A stretch of DNA of 15,173 nt from Candidatus Hydrogenedentota bacterium (GTDB lineage Bacteria; Hydrogenedentota; Hydrogenedentia; Hydrogenedentales; GCA-2746185): assembly GCA_046583315.1 (NCBI GenBank), contig JAYGCN010000148.1, positions 1-15,173 on the forward strand. The letters run 5' to 3'. This document shows, in pieces, positions 7,431 to 14,292 of this stretch (position 1 is the first letter of the stretch; every line of letters begins with the position of its first letter). The notes below the pieces were generated by a model. It made no database searches, was not told where the DNA came from, and saw nothing but the letters and a program-made list of their open reading frames with translations. The translations under genes were made by a program, and so were the position numbers.

Positions 7431-9953
7431 CATGGAATCGCCACGACCGCAACATCCTTCACAATAGCAACCACCTTAAAATGGGTCACAGTGGCTATCC
7501 TTGTTTCGGCGGGAACAACACTCGACCTGTGGAAAACCATGAGCAATTCACCGCAACCCCTTCGAGCTGCAACATTACCCATCGAAGCATCTACGCCGCC
7601 TCTCGCATCGACTCCGCCAACTTCCTTGCCTCCCGCCAATTCACAACCCACGCAGAATATCATCCTAGCTACGGCCCTTCAGGAACCCCTCCCTGTAGCA
7701 TCTATCACAACAGCAGCCGTCGTTGCGACCGATTCCGATCAACCCCTCACCAACACCATCCACGTCTCCGGCATCGTCACAGACACAGGCGGCAATCCCA
7801 CACCCAACGCAATAGTCAACGCCGTCTGGTTATCCGGCGAAACAGAAGTCGTCACCGATGCTCAAGGCCGCTTCACCATTCCCCTGCACCGAAATCTATT
7901 CAGCGAAGGCGAACTCGTTTTCATTCGCGAAGTCAACTACCAAAACGACGTCTACGAAGTTCCCGTCCGCGCGGAAGTCCACGGCGACACACTCGTCGGA
8001 TACCTCGACACGCCTATCGGCCAGTTTCCCATTTCCGGTACACGCACATCCCAGGGCGAAGGCGCATTCGGCACCTGGGACGTTTTCATCACCTACGAAA
8101 AGGAAGATCACCCGGGACAACTTACGCTGAACCAGGATACTGACGGTCTAGTCTTCGGCGAATGGAACGACGAAGTTGGCCCGCCTGAACTCTCCAGCCT
8201 CGTAGTCCCGGAAACAATACGACTTAGTGCGATCTCCGACAACAAAAAAGTATTCGAACACGATGTCGATGTCCCCGACAACGGCCGTGACGACATAACA
8301 CTATCCTTGATCACACCGGCAATCATCAAAGGCCAAATCATGGATTCCGACGGCACACCCCTTCCCAACTGGGACATCACCGTGAACAATGATGACGACT
8401 ATGCCAACGCGCGATCCGACGAAAACGGTCGATTCACTATTACCGACATCAATCCGGGTGAGTACTATTACTCCGCCTATCATGATTCCGATGCACGTAT
8501 CATGGAATCTGACCCCATCACACTGGGCGATGCGGATGTATACGAATCGCTCACGCTTATCCACGAGCTTGGGCAGAAGGTGACAGGATACGTCACCGAC
8601 AACCAACCTCTCGAAAATGTGAGTATCACGGCAATTCCTACCATCAGAATCAAGGATCGCAATGGAAGCCTTACCGCCTACCATGCAAAAACCGACGCAA
8701 ACGGCGCATACACCCTAAGCGGCGTCCCGAGCCATCCCGACACCCGAATCAACATAGAAATCTATCATGAAGGATACATGCAACTGCGCCGTCCGCAGAT
8801 CCGCGTCGATGGTTCAGCCATCGACTTCAGCCTCGTCAAAATTCCGACCATCCAAGGCCGCGTCCTTGATGCAGTTACCCAAGCCCCGGTCACCAGATTT
8901 CGATTGTATGCGATGATAGGCGGCTCCAATGATGAAAAACCGCGCCTGTTCAGCGCCACTGGCTATGATCTGACCGACCATGAAGATGGCGTATTCACAA
9001 CACCCACAAACGGATACGGCAACATAGGAATCGTCTTCTCCGCGCCGGGATATGCCACCACGCTTCATCGATTGTCCAGCGTTCAGCCTGGTGAGACCCG
9101 AACCGACGTGAATATTGCCCTTGAGCCAGTCGAAGCCATCAACGGCAAAGTCGTTGATTCAAATGGAGACCCTGTCCGTGGTGCCCGCGTTTATCTCGGC
9201 CTGCCTCCCCTTATAACCAGTCCCCATTCCAGATCTCCCTTCGGTTCCAAGGGAGTTGCGCGCACAAACCGCAAAGGCGAATTCAAGATCACAGAATACC
9301 CGCCGACGGCTCTCGACAAAATCTCCGCGCACGCAGACGGTTATGCGCCGGCATGGACGGATGTTGCGCCACCCTTCGGCTCGGTTGAAATAACCCTACG
9401 CGAGGGTAGCCACATCGAAGGCACCGTAACGCACCAAGGCTTCCCCGTTGGAAGCGCACAATCCAGCATTCTCGTCTCGTTGGGCGAAAAAATTATCATG
9501 CATGCCTACTCCGACCACGAGGGTCGCTTCGCATTTGACATGGTTCCCAATCAACAAATAAATCTCACGGCCAGTTTCGAACACAACAGTCAATACATTG
9601 GAATCACGAGAGAGCTCGCCCCGCAACCCGGCATCGACACTCAACACGAGATCGATTTCACGACTAATGGAGGCGCATTCATCGAAGGCACTCTCCTGCT
9701 CGACGACGCCCCGCCCCACAACGCACTCATCCTCGCCACCACCATTCTGCCCAACGGCGACAAACTCCTCTACCGCACCGAAACCGCGGCAGACGGCACC
9801 TACACCATCAGACCCATCCAATCGGGCACCTACGAATTCGGACCCGCCTGGATCCAACTCCAAGACGCTTCTTACCTCGAGCCCACCGAAGAAACTATCA
9901 CCATACAGCCAAACCAAACCAATCACCACGACATCAATCTCATAACTGAATAG
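6792..9953 (+). CDS. Membrane-tethered ECF sigma-70 factor with C-terminal extension of ~7 carboxypeptidase-regulatory-like (prealbumin-like beta-sandwich) repeats
   Basis: Same sigma2/sigma4 module as 3367. Hydrophobic segment KWVTVAILVSAGTTL, then a P/T/S-rich linker. Repeats begin VSGIVTDTGGNP, IKGQIMDSDGTP, VTGYVTDNQP, IQGRVLDAVTQAP, INGKVVDSNGDP, IEGTVTHQGFP, IEGTLLLDDAP, most followed by a T/SDxxGxF/Y turn. Confidence 0.9.
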   Translation: MELTDHQLLADWRTQKDAHAFQAIVQRHAAMVFHTALRILKNPAEAEDTSQECFETLITIEKFDHIKSLGAWLHGMATKLSLEHIRSSSRRYQREKKYAEVNIAENDTQEWQEIYPLIDEAIQSLHEKYRTPIIAHFLERQTHATIAQDLNVSRSTITSHINQGIQQIEATLKKKGILTTLALAPALTSQLANAAPIQPSLISSLGKLALTQGHGIATTATSFTIATTLKWVTVAILVSAGTTLDLWKTMSNSPQPLRAATLPIEASTPPLASTPPTSLPPANSQPTQNIILATALQEPLPVASITTAAVVATDSDQPLTNTIHVSGIVTDTGGNPTPNAIVNAVWLSGETEVVTDAQGRFTIPLHRNLFSEGELVFIREVNYQNDVYEVPVRAEVHGDTLVGYLDTPIGQFPISGTRTSQGEGAFGTWDVFITYEKEDHPGQLTLNQDTDGLVFGEWNDEVGPPELSSLVVPETIRLSAISDNKKVFEHDVDVPDNGRDDITLSLITPAIIKGQIMDSDGTPLPNWDITVNNDDDYANARSDENGRFTITDINPGEYYYSAYHDSDARIMESDPITLGDADVYESLTLIHELGQKVTGYVTDNQPLENVSITAIPTIRIKDRNGSLTAYHAKTDANGAYTLSGVPSHPDTRINIEIYHEGYMQLRRPQIRVDGSAIDFSLVKIPTIQGRVLDAVTQAPVTRFRLYAMIGGSNDEKPRLFSATGYDLTDHEDGVFTTPTNGYGNIGIVFSAPGYATTLHRLSSVQPGETRTDVNIALEPVEAINGKVVDSNGDPVRGARVYLGLPPLITSPHSRSPFGSKGVARTNRKGEFKITEYPPTALDKISAHADGYAPAWTDVAPPFGSVEITLREGSHIEGTVTHQGFPVGSAQSSILVSLGEKIIMHAYSDHEGRFAFDMVPNQQINLTASFEHNSQYIGITRELAPQPGIDTQHEIDFTTNGGAFIEGTLLLDDAPPHNALILATTILPNGDKLLYRTETAADGTYTIRPIQSGTYEFGPAWIQLQDASYLEPTEETITIQPNQTNHHDINLITE
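7758..9950 (+). repeat. Seven tandem protein-level carboxypeptidase-regulatory-like repeats
   Basis: Recurrent xGxVxDxxGxP ... TDxxGxF/Y ... motif, diverged at DNA level. Confidence 0.75.
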
Positions 9954-10040
9954 CGAATGCACGCTATACGCGCAAGTCGCCATTCGATCCATCGATACGA
10001 TACACTCGTTGCATACACCCCATTCATAAGGAAATGCGCT

Positions 10041-10736
10041 ATGAATCGATGGATCCCGATAGCACTCTCTATTCTCCTCACCCTTTACATCAGCGACACC
10101 CACGCCCAGGACTTCGCCCCCATCTTCGACGGCAAAACCCTCGATGGCTGGAAAGCCGCCGACATGTCCTTCTGGTCCATCGAAGACGGCGCCATCACGG
10201 CGAAAATCACCGACGAAAAACCCACTGACCGCAACCACTACCTGGTCTACCAAGGCGGCGAACTCGGCGATTTCGAACTCAAGCTCCAACACCGCATCAT
10301 CAGCAAACAAAGCGTCAACGGCGGCTTCCAATTCCGCAGCGAAATGTTCGACGGCGATATCCCAGACGATTGCCGCGGATATCAAGTCGACAACAATACG
10401 CAAACCGACTGGCTCGTACGTCTCTACGACGAATTCGGTCGCCACACGCTGGCCTGGCGCGGGGAAAAAACCGTATTCAACTCAACAGGCGAAGCCACCA
10501 CCACCAAAATCGAGTCCGCCCAGGGCACGCCCCACTTTCGACTCCACAACTGGCACGAATACCACGTCATCTGCAAAGGCAACCAAATCACGCTCCACAT
10601 AGACGGTAAATTAGTCGCCCAAGTCATCGACAACGACCCCAAGCAACTCGACCTCACCGGAATCCTCGCCCTGCAACTCCACTCCGGCCCACCCATGACC
10701 GTGCAGTTCAAGGATATCCGACTCAAAAAACTATAA
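10041..10736 (+). CDS. Secreted DUF1080 (3-keto-disaccharide hydrolase-like) protein
   Basis: RBS AAGGA 10028-10032 favours ATG 10041 over 9957. Signal peptide MNRWIPIALSILLTLYISDTHA-Q. Motifs IFDGKTLDGW, GDFELKL, NGGFQFRS, GYQVD, WHEYHV, GILALQLHSG..VQFKDIRLKKL are diagnostic of DUF1080. Confidence 0.9.
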   Translation: MNRWIPIALSILLTLYISDTHAQDFAPIFDGKTLDGWKAADMSFWSIEDGAITAKITDEKPTDRNHYLVYQGGELGDFELKLQHRIISKQSVNGGFQFRSEMFDGDIPDDCRGYQVDNNTQTDWLVRLYDEFGRHTLAWRGEKTVFNSTGEATTTKIESAQGTPHFRLHNWHEYHVICKGNQITLHIDGKLVAQVIDNDPKQLDLTGILALQLHSGPPMTVQFKDIRLKKL

Positions 10737-10950
10737 AAACACATCGTCTCCTTCTTAATCTCCTCGAAGTACCTGACCTGAACAAGTTCCGACACAACCT
10801 TCGGCACTTTGCCAGTGAAGCACCAACGATACGATCGAAAACTCTAAATTCTATAAGTAGGTCCATAAAACCATGATTCGACCTCTGTCAGCCTGTTCAA
10901 AATAGCAGACCTGCATAAAAGTCTTCTATCCAATACAAAATTTCCTTTAA

Positions 10951-10961
10951 TGTGCTAAACT
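10951..10961 (+). promoter_or_regulatory. Candidate extended -10 housekeeping promoter (TGTG-C-TAAACT) for the M6 protease
   Basis: TRTGn-TAnnnT match in AT-rich DNA 37 nt upstream of ATG 10999. GGGAG RBS at 10983-10987. Confidence 0.45.
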
Positions 10962-10998
10962 CTGTATCGTTACTGACATATTGGGAGCTCCATTCATC

Positions 10999-13650
10999 AT
11001 GCTGTCTAAGAATCATGTCCGTTTCATCCAATTCGTTTTGCTCTTCTCTTTCGCCTGGCTAACACCATTTCAGGCTGCGGCGATTTCTGCAAACCCCAAT
11101 CCCATTTTTGATACCCAGCCTGACGGCACACCCATCGAGCTGCATCTGAAAGGCAACGATAAATTTCATTGGTACGAAGACGTGAACGGCTACACCGTCG
11201 TTGAAGAAGCAGGTGCCTACTTCTATGCCACGCTCGATTCTAAAGGGGACCTCTCCCCGACCGCCCTGCAAGTGGGGAAATCCGATCCGGCGAATGCGGG
11301 AATCACGCCCCGGATTCTGCCCAGTGCAACACGCATCGCAGAAGTGACCGACGCACGCCAACCGCTCTTCGATCCCGCCGCTGCGCCCCCGCAAGCCATC
11401 ACTCCGTCCGGTACCATCAAAAACATCGTCATCCTCCTGCGATTCTCCGATCAACTCGGCCGCACCCTGCCGACCAACGGAAACTTCGATACCTTGTTCA
11501 ATGCGGTTGGCGGTGACCCAACCTATGCCCCGACTGGCAGCGTTGCCGACGCGTATTTCGAGAACTCCTACGGCACATTCACCCTCGATTCAACCGTGTA
11601 CGGTTGGGTGGACGTACCGAACACCCAAGCGTACTATGCAAACGGTCAATCTGGACTGTCCAGCAAAATATGGGAACTCATTCAGGATGGACTGAACGCC
11701 GCAGATGCACTGATCGACTTTAGCCAGTTCGACTCAGACACCGACACCTTCGTCGATTCCATCACCTTTGTCCACTCAGGCTACGCGGCAGAATTTGGCG
11801 GCACGGATGCTGACGGTGCGCCGTCCAGCGATCGCATCTGGTCCCACCGCTGGAGCATTCCCACCTGGACCTCTGCCGAGGGCGTTAAGGTCTCCGCCTA
11901 TCATATCAACCCCGGATTATGGTCCACGTCCGGTACCGACATCGGGCGCATCGGGGTCATCTGCCATGAAACGGGGCACTTTTTCGGCTTGCCCGATCTG
12001 TATGACACCAGCGCCCCTGGCGAGGGCATTGGCTCATGGGGATTGATGGCCAATTCCTGGGGTTTTGACGGTAGCCAGCTACACCCACCTCACTTTTCCG
12101 CCTGGAGCAAAATTCAATTGGGTTGGGTGACCCCGACTGTGATAGCGGCGCCCGGCGTATACAACGCCCCGCAAGTCGAGACCAACGCAACCGTCTACCG
12201 CATCGATCAAGGGTTTCCTTCGGGCGAATACCTGCTTATCGAAAATCGCCAACCCGTCGGCTTCGAAAGTGTCATGCCTCAAGGCGGACTCGCCATTTAT
12301 CATATTGACGACAACGCCGGATACAACACGCAGGGATATCCCACACAATCCGGTTGGCCCGAAAACGGTAACCACTACAAGGTAGCCCTGTTGCAGGCCG
12401 ACGGCGCGTACGAACTCGAACGCGGCGGTTTCGGGCGCGGCGATTCCGGCGACGTATACCACGCGGGCGGCATCAGCTCCCTCACACCTGAAACGACGCC
12501 CAATACCGATGCCTACCAAAGCGGCAATGTGTATTACACTGGAAACACCATCACCAATATTGCCGCCTCAAGCGCGAACATGTCATTCCAGGTGGACTTT
12601 GGAGACGATTTCCGACTTCAGGGCGACCGCTTCGTCGAGTCGGCAGGTAGTGCAGGCGGCCCGTTCACGCCTGCCTCATCGGCCTACACCCTGTCCAACG
12701 CCGGAGTCGCCTCCCTTTCCTGGCAAGCCACCGTCGACGTTCCCTGGTTTGCCGCATCATCCAGTGGCGGGACCATTTCCGCGGGCGGAAATGAGGCCGT
12801 GAACCTGAACCTGACGGCAGCCGCAAATTCACTGGGCAGCGGCGTTCATCAAGGCACCGCGACGTTCAAAAACTTAGGCTCCTTATACGAGCACGTGATC
12901 AATGTCGAGCTGTCCATCACCGAAGATCTGTATTTTTTCAACCTGAACACCGACCCCGGCTGGACGCGAGAAGACGCATGGTACTTCGGCGCTCCAAACG
13001 GCACCGGCTCCAACGGCGGCGACCCCAACTCCGCCTACACCGGCACAAACACCTACGGATTCGCCTTCGGTGACTATGCCAATAACCTTCCCGAACGCCG
13101 TCTGACCACCACGCCCCTCAACTTCGCCAACCACTCCGGCGTACAACTCCAATTTCAGCGCTGGTTGGGAATTGAAGACAGCCTTTATGATCAGGCCGCC
13201 ATCGAAGTTAGCAACAACGGCTCCACTTGGATACCCGTCTGGACACACACCACCGGGTCCTTCTCAGAAAACGCCTGGTCACTGCAAACCTACGACATCT
13301 CCGCCGTCGCCGACGGCCAATCCAGCGTACAAGTGCGCTGGGTGATGGGCACCACCGACGGGTCCCGCACCTACCCCGGCTGGAACATCGACGACGTGCG
13401 ATTCCTGGGCGGCATAGTACCCCGAAACACCGCCTGGGTCGATTTCGCGCACACCGGCACCGAGGTCGGCGACCAATCAACCCCCTTCAAAACCCTCGCC
13501 GAAGCCATCGCCGTCCTCGTCAGCAACGGAAACGGGACCATCAACATAAAAGGCAACACCGCCGACTCCGAATCCAGCGAAACCATGACCATCACCAAAC
13601 CCATGACCGTAAACGCCAACAACGGCACCATAAAAATAGGCACCCCCTAG
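10999..13650 (+). CDS. Secreted M6-family (immune inhibitor A-like) zinc metalloprotease with BACON-like, jelly-roll and short C-terminal accessory domains
   Basis: ATG 10999 follows GGGAG (the track's TTG 10981 overlaps the RBS). Signal peptide, prodomain QPDGTPIELHLKGNDKFHWYEDVNGYTVV, GSVADAYFENSYG, DFSQFDSDTDTFVD, zinc motif HETGHFFGLPDLY (HExxHxxGxxD, 11965-11997), Met-turn WGLMA, EYLLIENRQ. Then YTLSNAG..LSW..PWF (BACON-like) and a FQRWLGIE...GWNIDDVRF beta-sandwich. Confidence 0.92.
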   Translation: MLSKNHVRFIQFVLLFSFAWLTPFQAAAISANPNPIFDTQPDGTPIELHLKGNDKFHWYEDVNGYTVVEEAGAYFYATLDSKGDLSPTALQVGKSDPANAGITPRILPSATRIAEVTDARQPLFDPAAAPPQAITPSGTIKNIVILLRFSDQLGRTLPTNGNFDTLFNAVGGDPTYAPTGSVADAYFENSYGTFTLDSTVYGWVDVPNTQAYYANGQSGLSSKIWELIQDGLNAADALIDFSQFDSDTDTFVDSITFVHSGYAAEFGGTDADGAPSSDRIWSHRWSIPTWTSAEGVKVSAYHINPGLWSTSGTDIGRIGVICHETGHFFGLPDLYDTSAPGEGIGSWGLMANSWGFDGSQLHPPHFSAWSKIQLGWVTPTVIAAPGVYNAPQVETNATVYRIDQGFPSGEYLLIENRQPVGFESVMPQGGLAIYHIDDNAGYNTQGYPTQSGWPENGNHYKVALLQADGAYELERGGFGRGDSGDVYHAGGISSLTPETTPNTDAYQSGNVYYTGNTITNIAASSANMSFQVDFGDDFRLQGDRFVESAGSAGGPFTPASSAYTLSNAGVASLSWQATVDVPWFAASSSGGTISAGGNEAVNLNLTAAANSLGSGVHQGTATFKNLGSLYEHVINVELSITEDLYFFNLNTDPGWTREDAWYFGAPNGTGSNGGDPNSAYTGTNTYGFAFGDYANNLPERRLTTTPLNFANHSGVQLQFQRWLGIEDSLYDQAAIEVSNNGSTWIPVWTHTTGSFSENAWSLQTYDISAVADGQSSVQVRWVMGTTDGSRTYPGWNIDDVRFLGGIVPRNTAWVDFAHTGTEVGDQSTPFKTLAEAIAVLVSNGNGTINIKGNTADSESSETMTITKPMTVNANNGTIKIGTP

Positions 13651-13714
13651 CCGCGCCTCCGTGCCCCTCCTCCATTTCCCTCAGCATACAACATCCCAAC
13701 ACATCGTAACATTC

Positions 13715-13801
13715 TCAATCGCCACCTTCGGGAGCAACACAGTCGGAGGCGGGAAAGCTGCAAAGGAGCAGAATAATCGCCGTACCTACGAGCTTATTCA
13801 C
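13715..13801 (-). pseudogene. 28-codon ORF encoding essentially only a signal peptide (MNKLVGTAIILLLCSFPASDCVAPEGGD*); gene remnant or small protein
   Basis: GGGGAG (13815-13810, - strand) lies 8 nt before GTG 13801. Basic N-region, hydrophobic core, then TGA at 13717-13715. Confidence 0.45.
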
Positions 13802-14249
13802 GTATTCATCTCCCCATTCGGTCGCTCAATGGTTCCTCTCCTAGCAAATGGAACGCATGGGCCCCAAAAAAGATTGGATACGCCCGGCACAGACTTCATC
13901 TTCCCTAGTCAGATCGCCTCCACTGAGTGCCTGCCCGCGCCTTTCGTGGCGCGGCGATGAAAAATCCGTTCCACAGCTAACATTAGAAGTTAGACATGTA
14001 GCAAACAGGCTGAATTAAAGGTCCATTGTGAGACAAGCGCTGACCCACCTCACATTTCATATCAACCACTGAAAATCCCGATACCCTATTGTTTCCCATA
14101 TCCCCATTTCACGCCACACCGACCAGCCGGGCCCATTGTTTCCCCAAGTCCGATCCCCTCCACTGCAACGCTTCTGCCCAACCTACAGGGAGCGATGCCG
14201 AGTGGTGCCCGGGCGGTGCTTGGTCACTGTAAACGCTTACCTTTCGGGT

Positions 14250-14276
14250 GTTGTCCAATGGTGTAGACTGGACAAC
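14250..14276. promoter_or_regulatory. Inverted repeat GTTGTCCA-N11-TGGACAAC just upstream of the NHL gene RBS; candidate operator or RNA hairpin
   Basis: Perfect 8-bp arms at 14250-14257 and 14269-14276. It overlaps a TAGACT -10-like hexamer (14264-14269). RBS GAGGTG at 14281-14286. Confidence 0.4.
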
Positions 14277-14292
14277 GGCCGAGGTGACGATG

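Noticed and set aside
9957..10040. Upstream start for the DUF1080 gene
   Set aside because: ATG 10041 has an RBS and begins a clean signal peptide; the extension has neither.
9396..10445. 349-aa minus-strand ORF and the many other antisense/alternate-frame ORFs in the track
   Set aside because: They overlap well-supported + strand genes, lack recognisable motifs, and are expected shadows of biased codon usage.
10820..10860. Possible third copy of the ECF promoter motif (…TCGAAAACTCTAAATTCTATAAGTAG) upstream of the M6 protease
   Set aside because: Spacing differs and both the TRACC and ACRTAT boxes are absent.
13810..13880. Minus-strand GGAGAG...CCGAA and TTTTGGGG fragments reminiscent of glycine or c-di-AMP riboswitches
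   Set aside because: Remaining conserved elements are missing or in the wrong order.
13935..13954. Hairpin as intrinsic terminator
   Set aside because: No U-tract directly after the stem on either strand, and it lies ~285 nt from the nearest upstream stop of a confident gene.
13661..13960. 99-aa plus-strand ORF after the protease
   Set aside because: No RBS and no motif; the opposite strand carries the better RBS plus signal-peptide signal.
14186..14235. Cobalamin-riboswitch-like fragments (AGGGA...CCGGGCGGT...CACTGTAA)
   Set aside because: No GGGAAG/B12-box (AGYCAGRAGACCTGCC) downstream and the helices do not form convincingly.
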